Positions 40,835-54,188 of a stretch of DNA of 64,000 bases are shown in pieces (positions within the stretch are counted from its first letter, which is position 1; each line of letters opens with the position of its first letter). Position numbers and translations under genes: made by a program. A model generated the notes under the pieces. That model was not told where the DNA came from and made no database searches. It worked only from the letters and a program-made list of their open reading frames with translations. The DNA comes from the human T2T-CHM13v2.0 reference genome, Homo sapiens. Where the stretch lies: NCBI RefSeq assembly GCF_009914755.1, contig NC_060933.1; one strand, given 5' to 3'.

Positions 40835-41651
40835 TGTATTAGCATTCTATTGCAGCTGTAAAACATCATCACAAAGTTAGAGGCTCAAAACAACATTAAT
40901 TTATTTTATAGTTCTCTAGGTCAGAAGTCTGACATGGGATTCTGGGCTAACATCTAGGTGTCAGCAGAGATGTTTCTTTCTGGAGGTTCTAGGGGAGAGT
41001 TGACTTCCTTGCCTTTCCCCTGCTTCTTAAGGCTGTCCATATGGCTCATGGCCCCTTTCCTCAATCCTGAAAGCCAGCCAAGGCAAACTGAGTACTTTTT
41101 TTTTTTTTTTTTTTTTGAGACAGAGTCTTGCTCTGTCACCCAGGCTGGAGTGTAGTGGCGCCATCTCAGCTCACTGCAACTTCCGACTCCTGGATTCAAG
41201 CGATTCTCCTGCCTCACCCTCCTGAGTAGCTGGGATTACAGGCATGCATCACCATGCCCGGCTAATGTTTGTATTTTTCAGTAGAGATGGGGTTTCACTG
41301 TGTTGGTCAGGCTGGTCTCAAACTCCTGATCTCGTGATCTGCCTGTCTCAGCCTCCTAAAATGTTGGGATTACAGGCTTGAGCCACCATGCCCGGCCAAT
41401 TGAGTCCTTTTCACATCACACACTCTTACTTCATCCTATCCTCTGCCTCCCTCTTCCTCTTTAAAGATCCTTTTGGTTTCACTGGGGCCTCCTGGTTAAT
41501 CCAGAGACTCTCTTCATCTCAAGATGAGCTGATTGGCAACCCTATTCCACCTGCACTCTGAATGTTTTCTTTTCTATGTAAGATAACTGATAACTTATTC
41601 ATGGGTTCCAGGGATTGAGACATGGACATCTTGCATTATTCTGCCTTCACA
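40835..41651 (-). mobile_element. MLT1 (MaLR, MLT1C-like) LTR interrupted by an Alu
   Basis: tgtattagcattctattgcagctgtaa...ggtcagaagtctgacatgg...ccagggattgagacatggacatctt...ctgccttcaca. Confidence 0.8.
41096..41397 (-). mobile_element. AluS
   Basis: Poly-T followed by reverse Alu; TSD aa(c/t)tgagt(a/c)ctttt. Confidence 0.93.
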
Positions 41652-42703
41652 TTCTAGGTTTTTTTCTTTTATTTTCAGTTTTCTTTTTCCCTAGGAGGAC
41701 TTTGTCAATGCCCCTCTTTTCATTTGGGAGTTAGATGTTCCTTCTTTGTGTTTGTGCAGCCCCTGTTCTGCTGCTATGCTAGCATTATCACACTGGACTG
41801 TTGTTCCCAGTCACCCTCTGTCTCCCTCATTGGACCATGAGCACTCGAGAGCAAGAACTACGTCTGTCTTATTCACTGCTGTGCACCCAGCCCTAACGCA
41901 GTGTCTGATGCATGCACTAGGGGCTCAAGAAGTGCTTATTCAATAAATTGCTGAATGTCTCTTAGCTGAATGGCAATGTAGGGGAGACAATCCATTCAGC
42001 TGTGGTACCGCGATCTCCCTCCCATGGGGCCTAGTCACTGCCTTATTCATCTCTGCCTCCCTTGCCGTCCTTCCTTCACTTCCCTAGATATCTAGCACAC
42101 AGAATAACAAGTATCATTTTTAAAGCTAATATCTATTCATCGTTTACGACGTGCTAGACATTATTCTAAGGGCTTTGCATATACAATCTCATTTCACATG
42201 CACAACAACCATGCAAGGTAAGCACTCTTGTTCTACTTTTATAGTGAGGGAGCAGAGACATAAAAGAGGAAAAATGCACAGAACTTATAAGGTGAGGTTT
42301 GAATAATCTAACTTCATGTTCTTAAACACTATGCAAAAATATGCTGGTGAATGTTTAATTTTTCCCCAAATGAAATCCTGAAAAGTAAAGGTTGACTTGT
42401 TGCAAATGCCGATGCTGGTTGAATGTCTTAGATGGATGCCCTTTGTTAAACGTATATCATGTGTTAGGTTCTCTGCAGGCTTTGTTTCCAACCCTCTCAA
42501 CAACCTTGTGAGTTAGGTATTATTATCTCCCTGCCAGAGGTGGGGGAACTGGGGCTCAGAGGGGTGAGAATCACTTTCCTGGAGTCATGTACAATTGAAT
42601 CAGGGCCATCTGCCTCCACTCTACCACCTATCTCTCCAACCATAGTCACACTTGTCTTCTTCCCTCTTTACTGCCCACCCTCATTTATACACAGGTGTGC
42701 ATG

Positions 42704-42705
<2 letters not shown>

Positions 42706-42739
<34 letters not shown>

Positions 42740-42740
42740 A
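42706..42740 (+). repeat. (CA)n microsatellite
   Basis: Direct reading. Confidence 0.95.
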
Positions 42741-44642
42741 CCTACCCCCATACATACACAGAGTCAGAGTGAAGCCTGGGTTACACAAAGCACATGTCTT
42801 CCCTCTCTAAATGCAAAACAATTTCCACCAGTGGCACCAAACTCACTTAAGCATTCCAGGCATGGCTGTTACTAACTCCTGCCCTGGTAATTGCGATCCC
42901 TGAAATTGAAAGAAATTGCAGGCTAGAGGAACATTATCTTCTCCTTGGCCACTTCGCCCTCCATCTCCTTTGCCTGTGTGTATTAGCACTGGGATCCCTT
43001 GTCCTGTCATAACACTGAGAACAAGCTGAGCTGCTGTCACCAGGGCCTCTTCCAGAACTTTCCCCTCCACTACTCAAGGAAGACAGTGAAAGGCCCTCAC
43101 ACCTTGACATAAAATTTAGAGATGTGGCTGGAGAAAAGTCAACATTACTAGGCATTTTTCTGACAAAGTATTATCATTATATCTGTTTTCCAGATGCTAT
43201 AAATGAGATTCAGAGAGGAAGATTAGCCCTGCCCCAGAAGCTAAACACAAATTGAAACCTAAAGATGGCCTCCTTAACAGATCTGCAGGGCCAGAGTGAA
43301 TAATTCCCTGGTTAAAAGTGGCAGCTGAGCTCCTTGATGAGGGGGCACCTCTTAGTCCAACCCTCCTGCTCCAGCTCCAGCCTTAATCCCAGGACTGCAG
43401 GATGCAGACTGCCTCCCTCAATCCCCGAGGGGTCTAGCTGCTTACTTTATCACAGCCAAGGGCAGAAGCCCATATCCCTGTAACTTTCAGTATGTTTCCA
43501 GTTCAATTAGGATCTTCATATTCCAGTATTCAGAGTATTTTCTAATCTTAGGAATCCTCTATCTCACACCAACATTTCACTACACACTCCTCAAGGGCAA
43601 GGCCTGGACTCCATTCATACCATTGGTATCTCATGGGTCTAGAATAAGAGCAGACACACAGTAGGTACACAAAAAACACTTGCCAGATGAGTCCAAGGGT
43701 GAAGGCGACTGACTCTCCCTGAATCCTAGTGCATGTTATCATTCCTTATGCACCCAGTCCTGCCCTGGACAGGGAGCCAGGATGTCCAAGTTTTACGAAG
43801 CTGTGCCAATAACTTGCTGTGTGATCTTGAGCAAGTCATTTCCCATCTCTAGGGAGTGTTTAAGTCCTGAGGTCATTTATTTGAATAATGCAAGTGTCCC
43901 CAAATGGCTCCAGTATGAAGGGCTAAGAGAAAGTTCTCAAGATGAGAAGACCTATTCTCATGGACACCTTATGTCTTCTCTCTCACCTTTTTGGAAGTAG
44001 TCTTTGCAGTCACACACCTGGATTTGCATCCTGGTCCGCCCCCCGTCCCCTGTGTAGATCTAGTTGGACAAAACATTGAACCTTTCCTGGACCTTTGTTT
44101 CCTCATCAGAAAAATGGAAATAATAATCATCCTTGCCTCACATACTTGCTGTAAAGATGAAAAGAGCCCATAAAATGAATTGCTTAGCAGAAGACCTGAA
44201 AATAGCAGGCTCTCAATAAATGGCAGCTATTGCTGCTGTAAAATGCACCACTCTAGCACATTTTAATTTAACACACTCAAAAAGCTTGTTGTGATTAGGC
44301 ATAAGAAGGATGCAAATGGACCTGAAACCCTTTTCTTCTCCTCCTGCCCTGACAGCATGCACAATTTGTCCAAGCCACATGAGAGAGCTATAATGAGAAT
44401 ACTGGACATATGGTCACTAATTTGGGGTTATTTTCTTTACGTCATGGGAATCCTTCCCGCCCGCCACTGGTAAATTTGATTCTTTCCTAACTACAGAACT
44501 TACCCACAACCTCTGGTGGAGTTGGTAAAGCTAAAAGCAATGCTCCCAGCACCATAAGTTGAATATCTCTCTTCCTATCACAGCATGCACTGAAATTGCC
44601 ATGGTGTGTCTATTTCCCTACTTTTGGGGGGCAGGAACTAAC

Positions 44643-45055
44643 TGATATGGTTTGGATGTTTATCCCCTCCAAATCCCATGTGGAAACATAATCCCCAGTG
44701 TTGGAGGTGGAGCCTGTTGGAGGTGATTGGATCATGGGGGTGGATCCCCATGGATGGTTTAACACCATCCCGTTGGTGACAAGTGAGTTCTCTTTCAGTT
44801 AGTTCACACAAAACCTGGTTGTTTAAGCGAGTGTGGCACCTCCCCTTCTCTCTCTTGCTCTCACTCTCATTATGTGATATGCCCAGCTCCCCCTACCTTC
44901 CAACATACTTGTAAGCTTCCTGAGGCCCTTCCCAAAAGCAGATGCTGGAGCCATGTTTGTACAGCCTGCAGAACCATGAGCTAATTATTCCTCCTTTCTT
45001 TAGAAATTACCCAACCTCAGGCATTTCCTTATAGCAATGCAAATAGTCTAACACA
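44643..45055 (+). mobile_element. MST (MaLR, MSTB-like) solo LTR
   Basis: tgatatggtttggatgtttatcccctccaaatc...cttgtaagcttcctgaggcc...ctaacaca; perfect 5-bp TSD ctaac (44638-44642 / 45056-45060). Confidence 0.92.
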
Positions 45056-46602
45056 CTAACTGTGTTTTCTCTCTCCTTCTGCAGCTCCTAACAAAGTACT
45101 GGGTGCATACTTGATATCCAATTCGAAAATGTTTGTAGATGAGCCTTCAGTAGACTGGACAGCAAATTAAAGAAAAATAACGTTTAAAAACTCTTAAAGC
45201 AAAAGATAGAAAATAATCAAAGCCACATTTTAACTGACGACACAGCATCAATTCATTTGTTACTTCATTCCTTGTAGTAGTTAGAAATAAAGAACTTTTT
45301 TGAATGTTAACATTTAAAACCAAGCCATAACATGGACTTTGGAATCAGAACATATGGCATAAATACAGCTGGTTCTGGTGTGAATTTGTGGTTGGGGTCG
45401 CATTTCTGAAAGTTTCTTCTTCCCTTTTGTCTTTCCCACTCTCCCTGGGGCACCTTAGAAGTCTTTCCATATAGCCACCTCTAATGAGCTTTGCAAAATG
45501 AGAAACCTGCTACAGTAGAAGAAAATCTAATAGCAATTGTTTCCTTGTTCACTCTCTCTCTCTCTCTTTCTTCTCTTTCCCTCTCTCTTTTATTAGTCAT
45601 TAGCAATGGAGAAAGAAAACACCCAAAGGCAGTAGAAAGACAGTAATATTCGCACGTGCTTTCTGCAACACTGCACTAATGAGGAGCCCTGACCATCTTG
45701 CATATTCCTTCTTATTCAATTCCAACAGTCCTGTCATAAGTTGGAGCCACAAGCAGAACCTAGCTAGTGTGGACATTAGCCAGTTTGCTTCATAACAAAG
45801 GTGAAGTGTACATGCTGTTACAGGACAGCTGGAAATTATTGTTAAGTGCTCCTTAACACCAAGGGATATCAAGACTTTAAAAGGGCCTAGAAAAATACAA
45901 ATCCAATTAATGAACAGAATTTTTGTTCTTTTCAAAATTTGACATAGAAATGTAATTGAATCCAGTTTGTAAGACCCTGGATCCAGCTTCCCACCTTCTT
46001 AGATACTGGTTATGTTGCCATATGCAATCATACAGTCATGCTGAGCCTCAGGTTTGTCTATAATACCCTACTCCACTCATAGAGAGAGGGCCTTAAACCA
46101 TACCTCTTACTAGATGTGCTATCCTAAGCAGGCTGTTAAATTTCAGGAGCCTCAGTTACTTCACTCATAAAATGAGGACCGTAATAGTACCTACTTTTAT
46201 AAATTCAATTATGAGGATTAAAAGAGACTATGCATATAGATAGCCTGTGTGCTTCATGGGGTGGTAAAAGGAACAATAACTATAAACAGCCTATGTATAT
46301 ATTTGCCTGTGTGGTAGTTACTGTTACTGTGGTTATTTATTTCCTAGTAAGAAGTTCAGAGTTAAAGTTCTGCTTCCACTCTTGCAAGTTTGGACAAGTT
46401 AGCGTTTCTTACTAAGTTTCAGTCTCCTGATATGTAATGGGGACAAAATAACAGTACCAGTGTTGCTGAATTGTTGTGGAATTAACAAGATAATGCATGC
46501 AGCATGGCACCTGACACATTATACTGTGTGCTCCATAAATGTTAACTATTATTATTGTTATTATTATTATTATTAGAAATGTGATTTAGGGTTTAAAAAA
46601 TA

Positions 46603-48695
46603 ATATGCAGCAGAAAATCCCAGAGAATCCACAACAAAATACTGCTGGAATTAATAAGTGATTATGACAAGCTTGTAGGATACAGATTTACATACAAAAG
46701 TCTATTGCTTTCCCATATGCTGGCAGTAATCAATTATAATTTGAAATTAAAAACAAAACATCATTTACATTAGTACCAAAAAATAAAATACTTGGGTATA
46801 AATCTAACAAAATACATAGAAGATCTATATAAGGAAGACTACAAAACTCTGATGAAGGAAATAAAAGATCAAAATAAATAAAAGGAGATTCCCTGTTCAT
46901 CTTCAATATTGTTAATATGTCAGTTCTTTCCAACTTGATCTATAGATTCAGTGCAATCTCTATCAAAATCCTAGTAAGTTATTTTGTAGGCTTGGCAAAC
47001 TGATTTTAAAGTTTATTTGAAAAGGCAAAAGACCCAGAATAGTCAAGACAATATTGAAGAAGTAAAACAAAGTCAGAGGACTGACACTACCTGACTTTAA
47101 GACTTACTATAAAGCTAGAGTAATCAAGACAGCGTGATACTGGTGAAATGACAGAAAAAGAGATCCATGGAACAGAATAGGAAGCACATAAATAGACCCA
47201 CGCAAATCTAGTCAACTGATCTTTAACGCAGAAGCAAAGGCAGTTCAGTGGAGAAAAGGTAGTCTTTTTGACAAATGGTGCTGAAACAAATAGACATCCA
47301 TGTGCCAAGTAAAAAGAAGGGATGAAGAAAAGAAGAAGAAAGACAGACAAAAATCTAGATATAGATTCTACACTTTTCCAAAAATAAAAATAACTCAAAA
47401 TTATTGTAAGTCTAAATGTAAAAACCTACAAAACTTCTAGGAGATAATATAGGAGAAAAATTTTAGTAACCTTGGATTTGATTATGTGTTTTTAGATACA
47501 ACACCAAATATATGATCCATGAGAAAAAATTGTTGTTGGACTTTATTAAAATGAAAACTGCTGCTCTGTGAAAGATACTGTTAAGAGAATGAAAAGACAC
47601 GCTATAGACTGGGAATATTTACAAAACATACATCTGCTAAAGGATATCCAAAATATACAAAGAATACTTAAAATTCAACAAGAAAACAAACAGTACCATT
47701 AAAAATGAGCAAAAGAGCTGAACAGACACCTCACCAAAGAAAATATACAGATGGCAAATGAGCATATGAATGTACACACATCATCCCATGTCATTCTGGA
47801 ATTGCAAATTAAATGACAATGAAACACCACTATATAACTATTGGAATAGCTAAAATCCAAAACATTAACAACAAATGCTGGCAAAGATGTGGAGAAACAG
47901 AAAGAGTTAATTGCTGGTGGGAATGCAAAATGGTACAGCCACTTTGGAGAATCGTTTGGCAGTTTCTTAAAAAGCTAAACAGTCTTACCACGAAATTCTG
48001 CAATTGCATGCATTCCTTAATATTTACCCAAATGAGTGTAAAACATGTCCACACAAAACTCTGCACATGTTTATGTGATCGTATTCATACTTGCCAAAAC
48101 TTGGAAGCAACCTAGATGTCTTTTAATAGGTGGTTCAATAAACAAACATCCATATAATGAAATATCATTCCACAATTTTAAAAAATGAGCTATCTAGCCA
48201 CAAGAAGACATGGAGGAATCTTAAATCCACATTGCTACAGGAAAGGAGCCAGTCTAAAAGGGCTTCATACTGCATGGTTCCAACTACATAACACTGTGGA
48301 AAAGGCAAAGCTATAGAGACAGTGAAAAGATCAGTGGTTGCCAGGAGTTCAGGGAGAGAGGCAGAGAGAGGAACAAGTGGAGCACAGGGGATTTTTAGGG
48401 CAGTGAAAGTATTCTGTATATTCTGTATGATACTATCATGGTGGTTACATGATATTATGCATTTGTTCAAACCCATAGAACTATACAACACCAAAAGGTA
48501 AATTGGGGACGTTAGCAACTAATATTCAATCAATATTGGCTCATCAATGGAATACATTTCACAACACTAATGCATGGTGAATAATAAGAGGAGAAACTGA
48601 AAGGAAAAGTGGAGATAATATATGAGAGCTCTGTACTTCCTGCTTAATTTTTCTATAAACATAAAACTGCCTTAAAAATAAAATCTATTAACTTA
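46603..48695 (+). mobile_element. L1MC-like 5'-truncated LINE-1 (ORF2 remnants plus 3' UTR)
   Basis: ORF2-like A-rich blocks (ctgactttaagacttactataaagcta; gctggtgggaatgcaaaatggtacagccactttgga) and an L1MC-type 3' UTR ending ctctgtacttcctgc...aaaaataaaatctatt. Confidence 0.85.
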
Positions 48696-48750
48696 ATAAT
48701 AGCATGCATAGTCTAGGTATTTTTTGTAGTCAATTCTATTGTTACAAAGT

Positions 48751-49702
48751 GGGAGTGGACAAACTATACATCTCTAGGCAATCTGATGTCCACCTTTTTT
48801 TTTTATTATTATACTTTAAGTTCTGGGGTATGTGTGCAGAACGTGCAGGTTTGTTACATACGTATACATGTGCCATAGGGGTTTGCTGCACCCATCAACC
48901 TCAACACGTCACCTACATTACATATTTCTCCTAACTCTAACCCTCCCCGAGCCCCACACCTTGCAACAGGCCCTGCTGTGTGATGCCCGCTGCCCCCACC
49001 CCCGCCCCTGCTGCGTCCATGTGTTCTCATTGTTCACCTCCCACTTATAAGTGAGAACACGCGGTGTTTGGTTTTCTGTTCTTGTGTTAATTTGCCGAGA
49101 ATAATGGTTTCCAGCTTCATCCGTGTCCCTGCAAAGGACATAACTCATCTTTTTTTATGGCTGCATAGTATTCCATGGTGTATATGTGCCACATTTTCTT
49201 TTTCCAGTCTATCATTGATGGGCATTTGGGTTGGTTCCAAGTCTTTGCTATTGTGAATAGTGCCGCCATAAACATACGTGTGCATGTGTCTTTATAGTAG
49301 AATGATTTATAATCCTTTGGGTATATACCCAGTAATGGGATTGCTGGGTCAAATGGTATTTCTAGTTCTAGATTGTTGAGGAATCGCCACACTGTCTTCC
49401 ACAATGGTTGAACTAATTTACACTCACACCAACAGTGTAAAAGCATTCTTATTTCTCCACATCCTCTCCAGCATCTGCTGTTTCCTGTCTTTTTAATGAT
49501 TGCCATTCTAACTGGTGTGATGTCCACCTATTTTTGTAAATAATGTTATATTGGAATACAGCCACATCCATTTGTTTTTGCATTGTTTATGGTTCCTTGG
49601 GTATTACACTGGCAGAGTTGAGTAGTTGTGGGAGAGCCCACGTGTCCTAGAGTTTAAAGTGTTACTATTCGGCCTTTTACAGAAAAAGTTTGGCAATCCC
49701 TG
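48751..49702 (+). mobile_element. MER58A (hAT-Charlie) DNA transposon split by L1PA
   Basis: ggagtggacaaacta...tttttgtaaataatgttatattggaatacagccac...ggcagagttgagtagttgt...tttacagaaaaagtttggcaatccctg. Confidence 0.8.
48795..49520 (-). mobile_element. L1PA (PA7/PA8-like) 3' fragment
   Basis: Reverse L1 end ttattatactttaagttctgggg...; ORF 49117-49527 gives the ORF2 C-terminus ([10 protein letters not shown]...CWRGCGE...LLHCW); TSD tgtccacct(t/a)tttt. Confidence 0.93.
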
Positions 49703-50170
49703 TTGTATAGACTCTCAAGCTGAAAAGTGTGTTTAGGAGCTGTTTAGTTCAATTACCTAAAAAAAATAAAATAAAAATGCTGGAATCCTCGCAACCACAT
49801 AATTCTGGGAGGAACAATTTTATAGTCTAACCTCTCCAACAAGTGTGAACTTTGACACAATAATCTCAAGATTATTGTAGGAGAAATCAACTTCTCTTCC
49901 CTTGCTATTCCTGTAACCCACCAGGCCCACACCTTCTGATCTAGAAATAGCATGTCAGAGTAGAACCTGGACACGGACTCATCACTTACAGCCTTCATTC
50001 TGAACCAGTTTTGTCACTCAAACCCACCCTGCTTCTGAACTTCTTGGTACTGACTTTCTGCTCATGCCCCTGCCACCAACTCCGGCTTCTAATTTTTAGT
50101 TTCAATACCAGATCTGGGTGCCCCAGCTATGGCCTAAGCTCCTTTGGATCCATTTAAATGAAAAATACAA

Positions 50171-51095
50171 TGATAGGCTAAATAATGACCTTGAAAGATA
50201 TTCAGGTTCTAATTCCTGGAAACTGTGAATGACACCTTATGTTATGGGCTGAATTATACCCCCTCCCCTGCAAAAAGAAAATCCTCATATGAAATTTTCA
50301 GAGTCACTCCCTCCCTGAGAATCGCAGAATGTGTCTGTATTCAGACATAGGGCCCTTAAAGAGGTAACTGAGTTAAAATGAGGTCATTAAGATGGGTCCT
50401 AATCCAATCTGACTGGTGTCCTTTTAAGAAGAGGAAAACTGGACACATTGACAGCAGGAATGTGCACAGACAGAGGAAAGACCAGGTGATCACACAGAGA
50501 AAAGGCAGCCATCTGCAAGCCAAGGAGTGAGGCCTCGGAAGAAACCAGCCCCGCTAATGTCTTGATCTTGGACTTTTAGCCTCCAAAACTATGAAAAATA
50601 AATTTCTTTTGCTTAACCCATCCAGTTGGTGGCATTTTGTTGTGACAGCCCTAGCAAGCTAATGTATCTTATGTGGCAAAAGGGACTTTGCAGAGGAACA
50701 CTCTACTAGTCTAACTTTCCATCTGCATTAAATCAAAGGTTTAAAAATGGGGAGAGTATCTGGATTATCTGGGTTGGCCCTAAGCGCCATCATGTATATC
50801 CCTGTAAGTGGGAAACAGAGGAATATCTGAGTACGGAAGAGGCAGAAGGTGATGTAAACATGGAAGGAGAGACTGGAATGATGTGGCCACAAGCCAAGGA
50901 ATGCTGACAGCTGAGTGAGACAAGTAATGGCTTTTCTCTGGGAGCCTCCAGAAGAAAGCCCTCCTAACACCTTGATGGTGACCCTACAAGACTCAATTTG
51001 GTTGTTGCCTCCAGAACTGTGAGTGAATACATGTGTGTTCTTTTAATCACTAAGTCTGTGGTAATTTGTTACAGTAGCCATGTAAAACTAATGGA
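50171..51095 (+). mobile_element. MLT1D-like LTR with a nested second MLT1
   Basis: Outer element ...ctaattcctggaaactgtgaatgacacctta | tgtggcaaaagggactttgcaga... resumes after the insert. Confidence 0.8.
50240..50666 (+). mobile_element. MLT1B-like solo LTR nested in MLT1D
   Basis: tgttatgggctgaatt...gggtcctaatccaatctgactggtgtcctt...gcagccatctgcaagccaagga...ccctagcaagctaat; TSD cctta/tctta. Confidence 0.85.
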
Positions 51096-51772
51096 TGTGC
51101 TTTTTCAGATAAATATTGTTTGGGGCTTAGTTTGATTTCCAGGCCCTCCTCGTCCACAGCCACCCAACTTTTAAGCAGGCATCAGACAGCCACTTAATCA
51201 CTGTTCTGTCCAAATGAGAGTAGCATGCTTATTTAAGCTACATTTCTAGGAACTCCGCAGAGAACAAGCTCTAGGGGCTCAAACTTAGTCTTAACAGATG
51301 CCAGAGCTCATGGTCTCAGGCCTATTATAGAACCTATCTAAACCTCAATTTCCTAATCAGTAAATGTGGATCAAATTATCAACCTTCTAAGGTTGTTGTG
51401 ACAATTTTAAATGATATAAGTAACACAAAGAACACATTTTCTGGAATACAGTTATTAACATTCTCAATAAGTAATATTAATGATTTCTGTCATTAATTGT
51501 TTGTGGCTCTCCAGTAATTCCAAGTCTAACAGATTTCCATTTCCCAAAGCCACAGAGAGAATTTGCAAACCCATGGCTTGGGGCTTAGCTCTGGCACCTA
51601 TTCAGTGAATTTGTACCAATAAATGTTTATTCTAAACCCTACCCCCAACTCCCTTCCACTAGTCAGCCTTCTTCTATCAGCAGCTGGAAAGTTAGCTCAA
51701 TTCGGCCTCCATCCCTGTTACTTCCCTCTCTCATTCTTTGTTATCTCCAGTTATCTATAAGATGCTCAGAAT

Positions 51773-51774
<2 letters not shown>

Positions 51775-51813
<39 letters not shown>

Positions 51814-51818
51814 ACACA
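51775..51818 (+). repeat. (CA)n microsatellite
   Basis: Direct reading, one TA interruption. Confidence 0.95.
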
Positions 51819-53898
51819 CTTGGTCATCGGTGACTTCAATTCTGCTATTTTGCACTAAAGGAAACTGAGTGGCTTAAATTCAGAAAGGCAAAGTGATGTA
51901 CCCAAGGTCACAGAGCCAATAAGTGACAACTTTGTGAGGTTTCCAGGGTGCTATTATGCCACACTGTGTCTCACTTGCTGGGCCTGTCTCTCCAAATCCT
52001 CCACCCTGAAATAGAGTGCTTCCGCCTACAGCTCCTGCTGAAATGGGAAAAGTGTTTCCTGTCCACAGGCCAGTCCCCTCTCCTTCCCTTTTTTTGAGGA
52101 CTCCTTTCCTCAGGGCAGCTCCTAGTGAGGAAACAGATAAGAGGACTCCAAGCAGGTGGTGCGAAGTTGTGAGTCGCCATGCCCTTGTGTTGGAGAATGT
52201 GGCAACACACCTAATAGTCCTCCCTCCCTGCAGGAAACCAGGAAACCAGCACTTACCCGGAGTGCCTTCCTGCTCTGTCAGCAATCCAGACCATATGGTT
52301 AATTAGCTAAAATTTGCGACTGCATCTGTGAAGCTATTTTTCTTTTTGGCATGCGTGAACTTAATTACCGAAGACATGAGAAGTTCCTGGCCCACTGGGA
52401 TCACGGTGGGCATGGGTGTCACAGAACATGCCCATGGCTCAGGGTGTGAGATATGTGGGTGGTTGAGAGTTTGAGAAATGAAGGATAGAGAGAGTTGCTT
52501 GACCAGAGGAGGATGGGGTCTTTCTTCTGGTGTTCATGCAGACATATTAGTAAAGAATTTCATGGTGAGACACAATGTCACAAGGACCCCCATCTGTGTA
52601 TGTGGACAAGCATCCTCAAAAAATGGCCAACCCCCTTGCATGGTAGAATGTAGGGCTCATCGTCTTATTACCCCACTGCCCTGCAAATTCTATCATTAGT
52701 TGCTCCACAGAATATTTATCTTCCCAGAACATATGACTGTCTCCCCCGCACATAGGACAGGGCCTGTAACATAGAAGGTGTCCAGTAAAGATGGCTGATT
52801 GGCCCAGTGGATGAGACCAATCATCTTCTGAGCCTTCAGTTTCTCATCGGCAGAAGGAAGATCATAAAAAAGTTATATGCTTAACAAATTCTTAATTTGT
52901 TAAGAATTAAATGAGATATAGTACATAGAACACCTATCACAGGCCCTGATATAATGACAGGTGTTTGATAAGAATTTGTTGAATGAATGAATGAATGAAT
53001 GAGCAGCCAATTCAAACAGAAACTGAATGCCATTACTAGAAGAAGCCTGAGAGATCAAAATCTAGTCCAGTCCCTCCACTGTGCCTCAGTTTCCTCCCCT
53101 GTAAAATGAGGCCAATAAAATCACTTCTTTATTGGATTGTTTGGGAATCAAAATAGCATGTAGAACTTTTAGAAGAGTGCCTGGAATGTAGTAAGAAGTC
53201 AATTAATATTGCTGCTATTGTTGTTGTGAATAATAGAAAATGGGAAAACTTATTGCTAGCAAAGAAAAAGGCCTCGCACAAAGAATAGCAGTTTGTGGTG
53301 TGTCCTGCATTGTAACTTGGAGCTCCTTCTTTCAGTTCATACTGCTACTTCCTGAGCAGTATGGGCTTGCCATGCCAGGAGAGTGCCAGGGCTCACAGGA
53401 CAGACATGTGCCAGCTCTCAGGGGTCACTGGTATGACAGAGGAGACAAATTCCCCTTTCCCTCTTTGGAGGACACCCAGGCTAAGAAGTAAGGTCCAGGG
53501 TTATTTTGGACATTATTGACAGAAGAAACTTATCTATCAGGAGCTCTCTGATGCTCCCAAACATAGTTTTGCAGATTGTGCCACAGCTGAGAGGGCAAAT
53601 GGAGACTGAAATTCATCCCTGTTCTGCAAGCCAAGCTTAGTGCGTATGCAGGGATGTGTCTCCTTTTTTCAATTCACACATAGGCACTGTATTGGCAGCT
53701 GTGGCCTCGGAGCTTTCTCTGGGATCAATGGACAGCTTGAGGGCAGGAGAACTTGAAGCCCAAGAACACTGGGGCAGGTGTTTCATGGGACCAGGGCCAT
53801 TGTCTCTCATACTCATCTCTGTATTCCCAGGGCTGCCTAGTATAGTGCTTGGCTTAGTGGACACAAACACATGTTGGATAAATAAGCCACTGTGTTCC

Positions 53899-54188
53899 TT
53901 TTATTTTATTTTTTCTTTTAAAGACAAAGTCTTGCTCTGTCACCCAGGCTGGAGCACAGTGGTGCTATCATGGCTTACTGTAACCTCAAACTTCTGGGCC
54001 CAAGCATTCCTCCTGCTTGGGACTACAGAAGCGTACCGCCATGCCCTGCTAATTTTTTAATTCCTTTGTAGAGACAAGGTCTCCACATGTTGCCCAGGCT
54101 GGTCTCTAACTCCCTGGGCTCTAGCTGTCATCCCCACTTCAGCCTCTCAGAGGGCTAAGATTCTAGGCCTGAGCCACCATGGTTGGCC
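53899..54188 (-). mobile_element. AluJ (old)
   Basis: Highly diverged reverse Alu with J-type tcatggcttactgtaacctcaaacttctggg and atgttgcccaggctgg. Confidence 0.85.

Noticed and set aside
49117-49527. 136-aa ORF resembling a real protein
   Set aside because: It is the C-terminal remnant of L1 ORF2p in a 5'-truncated L1PA, not a host gene.
52251-52260. Strong minus-strand donor CGG|gtaagt next to the neuronal motif cluster
   Set aside because: No convincing upstream acceptor or promoter could be paired with it from sequence alone.
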